Source: Alkalispirochaeta sp.
Lineage (GTDB): Bacteria > Spirochaetota > Spirochaetia > DSM-27196 > Alkalispirochaetaceae
Direction of reading: 5' to 3'
Length of the DNA: 64,000 nucleotides
Assembly (NCBI GenBank): GCA_965601925.1
Contig: OZ271854.1
Location: 4,448,001 to 4,512,000, forward strand
Within the stretch, counting starts at the first letter, position 1. Every line of letters begins with the position of its first letter. Positions 9,728 to 19,392 of this stretch are shown here, in pieces. The translations under genes and the position numbers were made by a program. The notes under the pieces are model-generated. The model did not search any database, had not been told where the DNA came from, and was given only the letters and a program-made list of their open reading frames with translations.

Positions 9728-9740
9728 AGTCAAATCGAAG

Positions 9741-10340
9741 GTGAAAGAGACGATGGACGCATCACAAAACCCACCCCTCATAGGCGGTAATATTCGGAGT
9801 TTGCGGAAAGAACGTTCCCTAACCTTGGACGTTCTCGCCGAACGGAGCGGCGTCTCCAAGGCGATGCTCTCTCAGATCGAGGCCGAAAAGGTCAACCCGA
9901 CGGTCGCAACGGTCTGGAAAATCGCTCAAGGGCTGGACGTAGAGATCAACGAGCTGTTGAAAGGGAGCGAGGGCCCGGTTCGGAAGTTTCACTTGACCCG
10001 GGGAGACAACATCACCTCCCTCGATACCGATGAGGAGGGGCTGCACATTCGCGTGCTCACGCCGATTCAAATGGTGGAGGACCTCGAGATGTATCTTCTC
10101 ACCTTTCAACCGGCAGGTGCACTCCGCTCGGCTCCCCACTTTCCACGGACCGAGGAGTTTCTCACCGTGATCAAGGGCTCTATTCACGTACGCGCCGGCG
10201 ACCGAGATGCTCATCTACACGAGGGCGACTTCATCCGCTACCAGTGCGACGTGGACCACGACATCGAAAACACCGTCGCAGGTATCGCGATCGTCCATAT
10301 GGTGGTTCGATTCCACAAGCGAACGTTGGCGCAGTCGTAG
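9741..10340 (+). CDS. XRE-family HTH + cupin transcriptional regulator (SutR/PuuR-like)
   Basis: IRSLRKERSLTLDVLAERSGVSKAMLSQIE..KVNPTVATVWKIA HTH; C-terminal cupin; start could be ATG 9753. Confidence 0.9.
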   Translation: MKETMDASQNPPLIGGNIRSLRKERSLTLDVLAERSGVSKAMLSQIEAEKVNPTVATVWKIAQGLDVEINELLKGSEGPVRKFHLTRGDNITSLDTDEEGLHIRVLTPIQMVEDLEMYLLTFQPAGALRSAPHFPRTEEFLTVIKGSIHVRAGDRDAHLHEGDFIRYQCDVDHDIENTVAGIAIVHMVVRFHKRTLAQS

Positions 10341-10391
10341 CGCACCGCACGCCCGCCGGCCCGAATCAGGCCACGCGTGTCGCAGACCGGC

Positions 10392-11285
10392 TTACTCTCC
10401 CAGGAGCTCAACGGCTGCGGCGTTGGCACGTACCTGGTCGACGCTTCGCATACCGGGAATCACCATCGTAACCGCGCGGTGACGGAGCGGCCAGACCAGG
10501 GCCCACCTCGCCATGTCGATACCCGCCGGCAACTCACGAGTACGGATCTCCTCCACGGTTTCCAACATCCGCGTACGCTTATCCGCATCCATTCGCGACC
10601 GCCAGTCGTCGTCGGCAAACCGCGTTTGGGCGTCGTACTTGCCGCTCAAGAACCCGCTGGCCAACGGTACGCGAGCCAGAACGCCCAGTTTGAGACGTTC
10701 CGCAGCGGGAAAGATCTCTGCCTCGGGCTCGCGATCGATCCGATTGTAAATAATCTGAAGCGTCTCGCACTGCGCCTCGGGCGCACGTTCCACCTGCATG
10801 AGGTTGTCGTTCTTGCTTACCGAGAGACCGACAAAACGCACCGTGCCCTCCTGCTTAACGCGGCGTAACGCCTCCCACAACTCCTCGTTGAGGAACTCCT
10901 CGTCGGTGGGGCTGTGGAACTGCAGAATATCGATATAGTCGGTACGCAAGGCCCGTAGCGACGCCTCGAGTTGCTCGCGCACATCGCGAGCGAGCCAGTG
11001 ACGCGTGCGGTTCTGAAAGCCGTGGTAACGGTGGCCGAACTTACTCGCGACGATCCACGAGTCGCGCTCTTGACGCAGCCGCGCGCCGATGAGCGACTCC
11101 GAGAGATGATCGCCGTAGCATTCGGCCGTATCGATGAAGTTCATCCCCTCGTCGCGCGCCGCGCCCAGGATTGCATCGACGTCTGAGATACTGAACGTCT
11201 GGCCCCACTCCCCGCCGAACTGCCACGTCCCCACCCCGACGACGCTCACCTCGAGCCCCGTGCTTCCCAGTGTTCTATAGAGCAT
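10392..11285 (-). CDS. Aldo/keto reductase
   Basis: LGSTGLEVSVVGVGTW, FIDTAECYG, SLRALRTDYID, PLASGFLSGK. Confidence 0.92.
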   Translation of the reverse strand: MLYRTLGSTGLEVSVVGVGTWQFGGEWGQTFSISDVDAILGAARDEGMNFIDTAECYGDHLSESLIGARLRQERDSWIVASKFGHRYHGFQNRTRHWLARDVREQLEASLRALRTDYIDILQFHSPTDEEFLNEELWEALRRVKQEGTVRFVGLSVSKNDNLMQVERAPEAQCETLQIIYNRIDREPEAEIFPAAERLKLGVLARVPLASGFLSGKYDAQTRFADDDWRSRMDADKRTRMLETVEEIRTRELPAGIDMARWALVWPLRHRAVTMVIPGMRSVDQVRANAAAVELLGE

Positions 11286-11287
11286 TG

Positions 11288-12703
11288 TTAAAGAGTACCA
11301 GCGCCGACCGGACTGCGCAAACGGCGACGCATGACGAAGTCGGAACCGGCGAGGACGAGCAACTGCACGACGTTCGCACCGGCAAAGGAAAATGCCGCGA
11401 CGCTTGAACCGGCAAGACTCGTCAGACTTGGAAGCAAGATGACGAGGGTCAACAACGTCGCGGTGTTGGCGGCGACCGCTATCGCAAGGAGCCCCGTGCG
11501 ATGACGCGCCACGAGAACTCCGCTGAAAAACGATCTTCCCGTAGCGGCGGCGGGCATTACGATCAGAATGACCATCGCTGAACGTGCCAGCTCGACCAAC
11601 GCGGTATCGAGTCCGGCTACGCGAGAAAACCAGAGACGCGACAGACCCGTCAGGCTCATGAGCGCGAAGATCGTCGTGAGAATCACGGCGAGTACAGCGG
11701 CAAATCGCCGGACGACGGGCTCGTTTGCCGTATTACGATTTACCATGGCCACGACCGCTTCTTGATAGGAGAGCGCTATGGAGGTGAAGAGAAACAGGAG
11801 GCTCTGTATGACCGGCCACGCGGCGAGAGACAAAAAGGGCGCGACTGAGCGGCCGATGCCGTAGGCGAGAATCGGCCTCGACGCCAGTGACATGATCGAG
11901 GTGAGGGAGAGCGGCACGTAGAAGGCCAAGAGCTCCGTGAAGGTCTTCGGCACGTCGCGGCTTGACGCGGTGGCGCTTGGCGCGGTGGCGCTTGACGCGG
12001 TGGCGCTTGGCGCGGTGGTGCCGCCGCTCTCGAACAGATCCGCCTCGACGTAGCGGCGAAAGTACCACCACGACGCCGCGGCGCCGGCAACGACTCCCGC
12101 CATCAGCGAGACGCCGGCAACGATGTGCCCGCCGGGAGCGCGATCCGGCGCGATCCGATGCGCCGCAAATCCCGCGGCGAGACACCCGATCGTGACCGAG
12201 AGGCGGATAACCATCGTTCGCCCCACTAACCCGGTCTTTCCGGCCTGGATCAATCCTCCCTGCCACAGTCTTCTATAGCCGACCATGGCGGCCAAAGGAA
12301 GCAGCAACACAAGGAGCTGCTGCGCCGGCTCCACCACCTCCGGAGGCACCGAGAGAATCCGCCGCGTCACGAACCCGAAGACGACCGGCCGGCTCACACC
12401 GAAGTGGATCCCGGTTAACAGAATCGTCCACGCGTGCATAAAACGTAGCATCGAACGGTACGACCGGGGTCCGCGTACTAAAGCGGTAGCGGCGGACAAC
12501 ATCTGGAGGATCGGGCTCTCTATAACCAGCGCGAGTCCGAAGGCGACCTCGAAGGAGGCCAGGTGGACCACCGCGTTGGGTAGGCGGGCCATGACGGCGT
12601 TGAGCGAGGGCTGCTCGATACCCATGATGATCCACATGAGCGCTAAAGGCAGCCAGAATATCAGGAGTGAACTCGGAGCCAGGGATGTGGTGTGTCGATT
12701 CAC
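11288..12703 (-). CDS. MATE/MOP-superfamily membrane protein (ANKH-like)
   Basis: About 12 TM in two homologous halves (IFWLPLALMWI / AFYVPLSLTSI); GTG 12703 start inferred. Confidence 0.7.
   Translation of the reverse strand: MNRHTTSLAPSSLLIFWLPLALMWIIMGIEQPSLNAVMARLPNAVVHLASFEVAFGLALVIESPILQMLSAATALVRGPRSYRSMLRFMHAWTILLTGIHFGVSRPVVFGFVTRRILSVPPEVVEPAQQLLVLLLPLAAMVGYRRLWQGGLIQAGKTGLVGRTMVIRLSVTIGCLAAGFAAHRIAPDRAPGGHIVAGVSLMAGVVAGAAASWWYFRRYVEADLFESGGTTAPSATASSATAPSATASSRDVPKTFTELLAFYVPLSLTSIMSLASRPILAYGIGRSVAPFLSLAAWPVIQSLLFLFTSIALSYQEAVVAMVNRNTANEPVVRRFAAVLAVILTTIFALMSLTGLSRLWFSRVAGLDTALVELARSAMVILIVMPAAATGRSFFSGVLVARHRTGLLAIAVAANTATLLTLVILLPSLTSLAGSSVAAFSFAGANVVQLLVLAGSDFVMRRRLRSPVGAGTL
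11960..12019. repeat. In-frame tandem repeat, 4 x 15 bp (2 x 30 bp higher order)
   Basis: GCTTGACGCGGTGGC and GCTTGGCGCGGTGGC alternate; encodes TAPSA-TASSA-TAPSA-TASS. Confidence 0.95.
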
Positions 12704-12716
12704 GATGGTGAGTACT

Positions 12717-14150
12717 TTACAATACTTTCGGCACCCGTATCTCGAACCGCGTTCCATTACCTACGATGACGCGCGTCGTAGCCTCAATCTGCTCCGAGAG
12801 ACTCGTGATGAGTTGCAGTCCCAGCCCGGAGCCGCTTAACGCTCCCTCCGTCTCGCGAAGGTTTATCTCCACGGCTCCGCCGGGCAGCGCCATTCCGGGT
12901 CCGTTGTCGGCGATCGCAAGCATGAGCGTTCCCGCTTGTTTGTTGTCGCACAACACTTCGACGATGATACGGTCGTCGCGCCCCGGACGAGGTGAAAAAA
13001 CGTACTTAATACAGTTATTGATAATCTCGGCGACGATGAGTCCGAGAGGTACGACGATTCGGGCCGAGATCGTCGCCTCGATGCCGGAGGCGTCCAGCCC
13101 GACACTCCTTGCATCGTGCATCGCGAGAAGATCACGCACCAAATCGACGATGTACGCTTTCAGCGGAAGCGCCTCCGAACCGACAGATCGGTAGAGGCGC
13201 TCGTGGACCATCGCCATGGCGTGAATTCGCTCGTGGCTACGCTGCACCAACTCGCCGGTCGTCACCCCCTCCACGGTGGCCTGAAGGTGTAGGAAGCTAT
13301 CGATGATCTGCATGTTGTTCTTGACGCGGTGGTGAATCTCCCGCAGGAGCGTGTTGGTGCGTTTGAGCGAGTCGGACATCTCCTCTTCCCGCCGCTTGCG
13401 CTCGGAAATATCGTTGAAGACGACCGCGAAGTGCATCAACTCGGGGCTGAACACCCTCACACCGAACCACCGTTTGAGGTTCGCCGACCACATCTCGACA
13501 TATCGCGGCTTCCCGCCAAGAGCGACCTCGCCGTACAGATCGACCCAATGGAGGTCCGTCTCGCTAAAACCCGGTTGAGACTCGCGGATGGAACGCCCGA
13601 TGATTTCACGCCGATCGAGGCCGGTCATGCGTTCGAACGCTTCGTTGGCCGCCAGAAACACAAAATCGCTCGGGTTTCCCTCCTCGTCGAGGACCAACCG
13701 GTGGTAGGCAAACCCGTTGAGCATATGCTCAAAAAGCCCTCGATAGAGCTTGGCCTCGATAGGAGCTCCTACCTGCTGAATAAGATCCTCGACATCGTCG
13801 GCAAGGGCGGCAAGTTGCTCGGGAGAGTCGTCGCTGTACCAAATCGCGCCCGCCTGCATTGCCCGTGCGGCGTGAATGGGAGAATCTTGTCTACTCACGA
13901 TAACGACCGGTATCTCCCGCGCGAGCAGAGGGAGATACGTAAGTATGCCTTCGGCGGGTTTTAGGCCGTCTACGACCATCGCCGGCCGGTAGCGTTTAAG
14001 GAGTGCGGCGCGATAGTCGTCGCGCTTCAAGCGTTGGGGATTAATGGTAAAGGCACCGCCGGGGTGGCTACTCAGGGCGTGCAACACCGCATCTACGTCG
14101 ATGCCGTCCTCGGGAGCAATTACCACCGGACCGGTCTTGTTTGACTGCAC
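12717..14150 (-). CDS. Sensor histidine kinase: degenerate REC, PAS, HisKA_2, HATPase
   Basis: EIHHRVKNNMQ H-box; PLGLIVAEIINNCIKY; IADNGPGM; GLGLQL; PAS FLAANEAFERMTGL; GTG 14150 start inferred. Confidence 0.88.
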   Translation of the reverse strand: MQSNKTGPVVIAPEDGIDVDAVLHALSSHPGGAFTINPQRLKRDDYRAALLKRYRPAMVVDGLKPAEGILTYLPLLAREIPVVIVSRQDSPIHAARAMQAGAIWYSDDSPEQLAALADDVEDLIQQVGAPIEAKLYRGLFEHMLNGFAYHRLVLDEEGNPSDFVFLAANEAFERMTGLDRREIIGRSIRESQPGFSETDLHWVDLYGEVALGGKPRYVEMWSANLKRWFGVRVFSPELMHFAVVFNDISERKRREEEMSDSLKRTNTLLREIHHRVKNNMQIIDSFLHLQATVEGVTTGELVQRSHERIHAMAMVHERLYRSVGSEALPLKAYIVDLVRDLLAMHDARSVGLDASGIEATISARIVVPLGLIVAEIINNCIKYVFSPRPGRDDRIIVEVLCDNKQAGTLMLAIADNGPGMALPGGAVEINLRETEGALSGSGLGLQLITSLSEQIEATTRVIVGNGTRFEIRVPKVL

Positions 14151-14256
14151 TAGGCAAATATATGTCCGCGTATCGGATAGTGACAAACGCACGGGATAGA
14201 GAGGATTGACATACCGGCGACGACCGAGGTGCACCGGTATGCCGTCTATCGGGGAA

Positions 14257-15849
14257 TCAGTAGTACAGTCCGCGCGAGACCATGTAGTAGCGGCCCGATG
14301 CGTTCCAGAGGCTGAAACCGCTCGCGCCGGCGTCCAAACTCCCCCGAATCTGGCGCTTAAGATAGTCCGTATAAACATCCTCGTTAAACTCGAGCTCGCC
14401 GCCGATCAAGAATGCCTGAATATAGGGTCGGATAAGCACCGTGTCTCCGGTAATCCGCCGCCCGCGAGCAACGGCCTCGCGATAGATGTACTCCGCCCAT
14501 TCGAGGTACGGAAGATGCCCGACGAAACCGCGCGGAAAGTGCGACGGATAGAGCATCGGTGATATGACGTCGACGTAGCGGGCCAAAAGCGCAATGTCCT
14601 GGCCGAGGTAGCTCATGCGGTACCACCCGTTGAACCCGAAGACATCGATCCCGATCGGAATATCGATCTGCGTGCGCGCACGGCGTAAAAACATGGATAT
14701 CGCCTCGACACGATCGTCTCGAAAGGGATCGTCGTTCACCAATGCCGGACTATCGGCGCGATGGCGAAAGACGATGTCGCCTACGCGGCCGTCGGCCGGG
14801 GTACGAATGTAGTCGAACTGGATCTCGTCCACCCCGAGTTCCTCCAGCTCGCGGGCGATCGCGATGTTGTAGTCCCATACAAACTCCGAGAACGGATCGA
14901 CCCAAAACTCAACCTGTCGGCTGTGCGTCTCACCGGTCTCTTCGTCACGAGTCTGGCGAAAGACGCCCCACGGCGCCTCGCGCCTCCGGTCCCACACGGC
15001 GTAGCGGTTATTGTCGTAGCGATAGAGCATGGGGTCCTGAAAGACTACGATGCGCGCTATTACATACAAATCGTGGCTTTGGATCGTATCAATGACTCGC
15101 CGGGCGTCGAAGAGTGCACGTACCGACCCGACGCGCCGATGGAGCTCCAGCTGTGAGTCGTATGCGAGCCTCCCGAAGTCGTCCTTGAAGTCGACCACGA
15201 CCGCCGTCATACCTCGCTCGGCGGCGAAGGCCATGTGCGAGGCGAGAGCGGTCGGTTCTACCTGTTGCGGAGATAGGTAAAACGAAACGTGGTCGGCTGC
15301 GAGGCGTCGCCGCTCGCGACGCGCAGGAGAATCGGCGATCCGTTCCACGGCGGGCGCCCGTGTGGCGCGCTCAAGGGCGGCGACGCCCCGCTCCGCGGGA
15401 AGGTCGACTATCGAGCCGTCGCGCCGAGATACCGCCCGCACGGATCGATCCTGGGCGTACTCGACCCAAATAATGCGCCCATCCGTGAGATCGTACGCTG
15501 CGGCGGAGATGTCTTCGTAGAATCCCTCACCGAGATGAAGCGATCGAGTAGCGCCATCCTCGGTTAGATCGCGCCACGTTGCGCCGCCGTCCACAGACTC
15601 GTACAAGCCGTGAAACGTCGTCGCAACGATAATCGCCGAAGTATCGTGCGGCGACACGGTTGCACTGGTGATATATGTATTTAATCCGGTGACCTCGCGA
15701 AGGGCCGCCGCCTCGCGAAGGCTCTCCTCGCCGCTTCGCCGAATCAATACGGCGGTCGACTCTACGCGCATCTCCTCGACCGAGGCCGACACCGCAAGAC
15801 CGACGAGGCACAGAAGCGCCGCTGTTAATCGGAACGTCTTGGTACTCAT
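14257..15849 (-). CDS. Putative glycoside hydrolase (DUF4015-like), exported
   Basis: AVVVDFKDDFG, IARIVVFQD, WVDPFS, GVDEIQFDYIR, ISPMLYPSHF; signal peptide; BNR-like ESVDGGATW. Confidence 0.8.
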   Translation of the reverse strand: MSTKTFRLTAALLCLVGLAVSASVEEMRVESTAVLIRRSGEESLREAAALREVTGLNTYITSATVSPHDTSAIIVATTFHGLYESVDGGATWRDLTEDGATRSLHLGEGFYEDISAAAYDLTDGRIIWVEYAQDRSVRAVSRRDGSIVDLPAERGVAALERATRAPAVERIADSPARRERRRLAADHVSFYLSPQQVEPTALASHMAFAAERGMTAVVVDFKDDFGRLAYDSQLELHRRVGSVRALFDARRVIDTIQSHDLYVIARIVVFQDPMLYRYDNNRYAVWDRRREAPWGVFRQTRDEETGETHSRQVEFWVDPFSEFVWDYNIAIARELEELGVDEIQFDYIRTPADGRVGDIVFRHRADSPALVNDDPFRDDRVEAISMFLRRARTQIDIPIGIDVFGFNGWYRMSYLGQDIALLARYVDVISPMLYPSHFPRGFVGHLPYLEWAEYIYREAVARGRRITGDTVLIRPYIQAFLIGGELEFNEDVYTDYLKRQIRGSLDAGASGFSLWNASGRYYMVSRGLYY

Positions 15850-15974
15850 ATCGCGCGATCGTACCATACCGGCAAGAGGCGTGACAGCTCTTTTGAGGCG
15901 ACCTCTCGCGCTCTTCGGCGGCCCACGCCTTTCGATACTTGGAAAAACGCATTATTGTTATGGAGGAGGGCGGG

Positions 15975-16466
15975 ATGAAGATAGCGATTTTCAGCGATAT
16001 ACACGACAATATCTGGAATCTGGAACGAGCCCTTAAGGACCTCGCGCGACACGGTCCGGGTGTGTTGTTCTTTCTCGGCGATTTCTGCGCCCCCTTCACA
16101 CTCTCCCAGTTGGCAGAAGGCTTTCCGGGACCGATTCATGCCGTCTTCGGCAACAACGATGGTGATACGTTTCTTTTAAGCGCGATCGCGGCACAGCATC
16201 CCCACGTGACATTACATGGGCAAATGGCGGAAGTCACGGTCGAGGAGGAGCTGTTCGCCCTCAACCATTATCCCGATATCGCACGCCGACTGGCCGAGAG
16301 TCGGCGGTACACCGCCGTGTTCAGCGGCCACGACCACCGTCGCTACGTAGAAGAGATCGGACGGACGCTCTGGGCAAACCCGGGCGAAATCATGGGGCGC
16401 TTTGGTGAGCCGAGTTACGGTATATACGACGTCGCGGCGCACGACTTTACCCACATCGATATCTGA
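15975..16466 (+). CDS. Metallophosphoesterase (YfcE-like)
   Basis: IFSDIHDN, FLGD, VFGNND, SGHDH, ANPGE; GGAGGAGG SD. Confidence 0.9.
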   Translation: MKIAIFSDIHDNIWNLERALKDLARHGPGVLFFLGDFCAPFTLSQLAEGFPGPIHAVFGNNDGDTFLLSAIAAQHPHVTLHGQMAEVTVEEELFALNHYPDIARRLAESRRYTAVFSGHDHRRYVEEIGRTLWANPGEIMGRFGEPSYGIYDVAAHDFTHIDI

Positions 16467-16472
16467 GGCGTT

Positions 16473-17978
16473 ATGAATCGAAATCACATTCCCGGCAACG
16501 GGACACACCCATCCCACGGTGAGCGCAACGCAACACCGTCTCCGGGCGCGGCTCGCGCGACGCTCCGAGAGGAGGCGGTCTCCGCGCTACGCGACATCTT
16601 CGGCGACGATCTTCTGATCGGCCGGACGGATCTCATCGAAAAGTACGCGAAAGATATGGCCGGCGGCTCGTCGTGGCGCATGACACCGGAAGCGGTCGTC
16701 TTCCCGCAGACCACCGAAGACGTCGTTCGCCTTATGACGGTGGCTCGCACGTATCGTATTCCGGTTACGGCGCGGGGAGCGGGAAGCGGTCTCGCCGCCG
16801 GAGCCGTCGCAGCGGCAGGCGGTATCGTATGTTCCCTCGAAAAGATGAATCGTATCGTCGAGGTCGATACGGAGAACCTCGCGGCCGTTGTGGAACCCGG
16901 CGTCGTGACGCGCGAGTTGGACGCAGCCTTGGAGCCTGCCGGATTGTTTTTCGCCGGGTATCCGATGAGCGAAGAGATCTGCACGATCGGCGGAAACGTC
17001 GCTACCAACGCCGGAGGCGGTCGTGCGGTCAAATACGGCGTTACGGGTCATCACGTACTGGGACTCCAGGTTGTAACCGCCGGCGGGGAGGTTCTCAATC
17101 TGGGCGGAAAGCGACTCAAAGATGTCACGGGCCTCAATCTGCTGCCGCTGTTCGTGGGAAGTGAGGGCGTCCTCGGCATTATCACGCGCATCACCGTGCG
17201 CCTCACGCCGCGCCCGGGAGATCGAACGGCCTTCCTGGTCTCCTTTGCGTCCTCACAGGACGCGACGGCCGCGGTCGGTGCACTACGGCGCAGCGAGGCG
17301 GGCGTCCCGTCATCGATCGAGTATATCGACGGTAAAACCGCAGCCGGCGCGGCCGCACAACTGTGGCGCAACACGCCGGCGCCGTTTCTCTTCGACGATT
17401 CGGCGGGAGCGCTGCTGCTCGTCGAGTCCGAAGGTCGCAGCCGCAAGGAAGCGCACGCGATATTGGAACGCTACCGCCCCTCGATTGAACGGCACAGCGG
17501 ATCCGTCGTCGTCGTCGCCGACTCCCCTGCCGCGTTGGCGACGATCTGGAAGCTCCGTAAGGCGGTCCCGTGGTGGGTCAAACGGCAAAGCGGAGTCCAC
17601 CACTCGGTAGAGGATGTGGTCGTCCCGTCCACCGCGATACCGGAACTCGTACGCCGCGCCCTCGAATTGGAAGCGTCGTCGGGTCTGAACGTCGCGATCT
17701 TCGGCCACGCCGGTGACGGCAACTTTCACATCAATCCGATGAAGCCGGCCGCTATGTCTCCGGCGGAGTGGGAGGCGCGCCTCCACGAGTTTTTAACCGC
17801 TCTGTACCGCGTCACCGTCTCACTCGGCGGCACGATCAGCGGTGAGCACGGCATCGGTCGCAAACGGACCGCCGCGCTCTCCCTTGCTCTTAGCGACGCT
17901 GAAATCGCAGTCATGCGACGCCTCAAGGATGCCCTCGATCCCGATGGAATTCTCAATCCCGGGGTGCTGTTACCGTAA
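16473..17978 (+). CDS. FAD-linked oxidase, GlcD/D-lactate dehydrogenase family
   Basis: ARGAGSGLAAGA, TIGGNVATNAGG, VKYGVT, GSEGVLGII, GHAGDGNFH, SGEHGIG, DPDGILNPG. Confidence 0.92.
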   Translation: MNRNHIPGNGTHPSHGERNATPSPGAARATLREEAVSALRDIFGDDLLIGRTDLIEKYAKDMAGGSSWRMTPEAVVFPQTTEDVVRLMTVARTYRIPVTARGAGSGLAAGAVAAAGGIVCSLEKMNRIVEVDTENLAAVVEPGVVTRELDAALEPAGLFFAGYPMSEEICTIGGNVATNAGGGRAVKYGVTGHHVLGLQVVTAGGEVLNLGGKRLKDVTGLNLLPLFVGSEGVLGIITRITVRLTPRPGDRTAFLVSFASSQDATAAVGALRRSEAGVPSSIEYIDGKTAAGAAAQLWRNTPAPFLFDDSAGALLLVESEGRSRKEAHAILERYRPSIERHSGSVVVVADSPAALATIWKLRKAVPWWVKRQSGVHHSVEDVVVPSTAIPELVRRALELEASSGLNVAIFGHAGDGNFHINPMKPAAMSPAEWEARLHEFLTALYRVTVSLGGTISGEHGIGRKRTAALSLALSDAEIAVMRRLKDALDPDGILNPGVLLP

Positions 17979-18043
17979 AGGCGCCTCTCCGCGCAGAGCT
18001 GCAACGGGAACGTATAACGCATTGAGGTTCGCGATGCGGCGCA

Positions 18044-18328
18044 TCATCCCTCATGAAGAAGATCTCGGAACTCCGGGTGGCGTTCGAAAAAACGCACCGC
18101 ATACGAGCATCGCGGCCGCACTTTGACCCCGGTACGGCGCGCGTACTCAACCGCCGCGCGAACGAGTTGGCCTGCGATCCCCTGCCCACGCATCGAGGCT
18201 GGTGTAAAGGTGTGATCGAGAATCAACGCGCCGTCGGCGGCGACTCGATAGTCGACGACGGCCTCGTCGCCGGCCGCATACACGACGAAGCGTTTGCGCT
18301 CGCTCTCGTGCAGGATATCGTGTTCCAT
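18044..18328 (-). CDS. Small GNAT-like protein (YjdJ/Acetyltransf_CG type)
   Basis: LDHTFTPASMRGQGIAGQLV, KVRPRCSYA; TAATG overlap with the upstream gene. Confidence 0.85.
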   Translation of the reverse strand: MEHDILHESERKRFVVYAAGDEAVVDYRVAADGALILDHTFTPASMRGQGIAGQLVRAAVEYARRTGVKVRPRCSYAVRFFERHPEFRDLLHEG

Positions 18329-19332
18329 TAGTACTCGCCCTCCATGTTGACGGTGCCGCCCCGACCGTCGGGAGCGCCTTCCGATAGCCACGAGATGAGG
18401 CGATCCACGATCTCCTCTGCGCTCGCGAGTGTCGCCTGTTCCGTATATCCGCCCATATGAGAGGACATCAATATATTGTCGAGATCGCGAAATGGAAACC
18501 GAGCCGGTTCCTTACGAGAACCGGGAGGATCGGGATACCGGTACCACGTATCGATCGCAGCTCCCGCAAGCGTTCGTTCGACCAATGCGTTATACAACGC
18601 CTCCTCGTCTATGAGCTCACCGCGACCGACGTTCACGAGCACCGCGTCGCGCATAACCGCCAGTTCCGCCGGTCCGATTATTCCGCGCGTGCTGGTTGTC
18701 AATGGGAGCGCGACGATAACGATATCCGCGCCTCGGAGCGTCCCGTGCAAATCATTGCTCACGGCGGAGAAAAGCCCGTCGGGAAGATCGTCGTCCGTGC
18801 GCGTACGACGAAATCCGCGGCACGAGACACCGAATGGCGAAAGAAACCGGGCGACCCATCGACCGATCGATCCGGTACCGAGCACTGCAGCGGTCATCCC
18901 GTTCACCGATCGCCAGCTCTCCGCAACGGGCTCTGCCGCTGCGAACCCGTGCCACACCCCGCGACGTAGGTCGCGGTCACCGGTAACGAGTTTGCCGAGG
19001 AGTCCGAGGAGGAGCGCCACGGTACGCTCGGCGACCCACCGCCCGTTGGCGTGGGCATTGATAACCTCGATCCCTCGGCGTCGGAGCTCCGGAATGGGAA
19101 GTGTATTGATACCGGCCATCGGCACGGCAACCATCTTAAGGTCGGGAAGGCGCTCCAAGTGCGACTTGTCCAAGGTAAAGCCCACCATCGCGATCGAGCG
19201 CCGTAAAAACGCATCGTCCGGCTTCTGCGCCTCGGCGCGACAAAATCGTACCGTCGCGCCGTCCACGCCTTCCACCCGTTGTGCCAGCTTACGCCAGAAC
19301 TCGTTGTCGGGCGTATCGAAGAGTACATTCAC
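18328..19332 (-). CDS. D-isomer-specific 2-hydroxyacid dehydrogenase family
   Basis: VLGTGSIG, LPLTTSTRGII, LVNVGRG, AAIDTW, SSHMGG; start GTG 19332 or ATG 19341. Confidence 0.9.
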   Translation of the reverse strand: MNVLFDTPDNEFWRKLAQRVEGVDGATVRFCRAEAQKPDDAFLRRSIAMVGFTLDKSHLERLPDLKMVAVPMAGINTLPIPELRRRGIEVINAHANGRWVAERTVALLLGLLGKLVTGDRDLRRGVWHGFAAAEPVAESWRSVNGMTAAVLGTGSIGRWVARFLSPFGVSCRGFRRTRTDDDLPDGLFSAVSNDLHGTLRGADIVIVALPLTTSTRGIIGPAELAVMRDAVLVNVGRGELIDEEALYNALVERTLAGAAIDTWYRYPDPPGSRKEPARFPFRDLDNILMSSHMGGYTEQATLASAEEIVDRLISWLSEGAPDGRGGTVNMEGEY

Positions 19333-19392
19333 TCCGGCCATTGTACACGCACCGTCGCTTGAACAAAAGTGCACCGTGGTTTAGCGTCGCGT

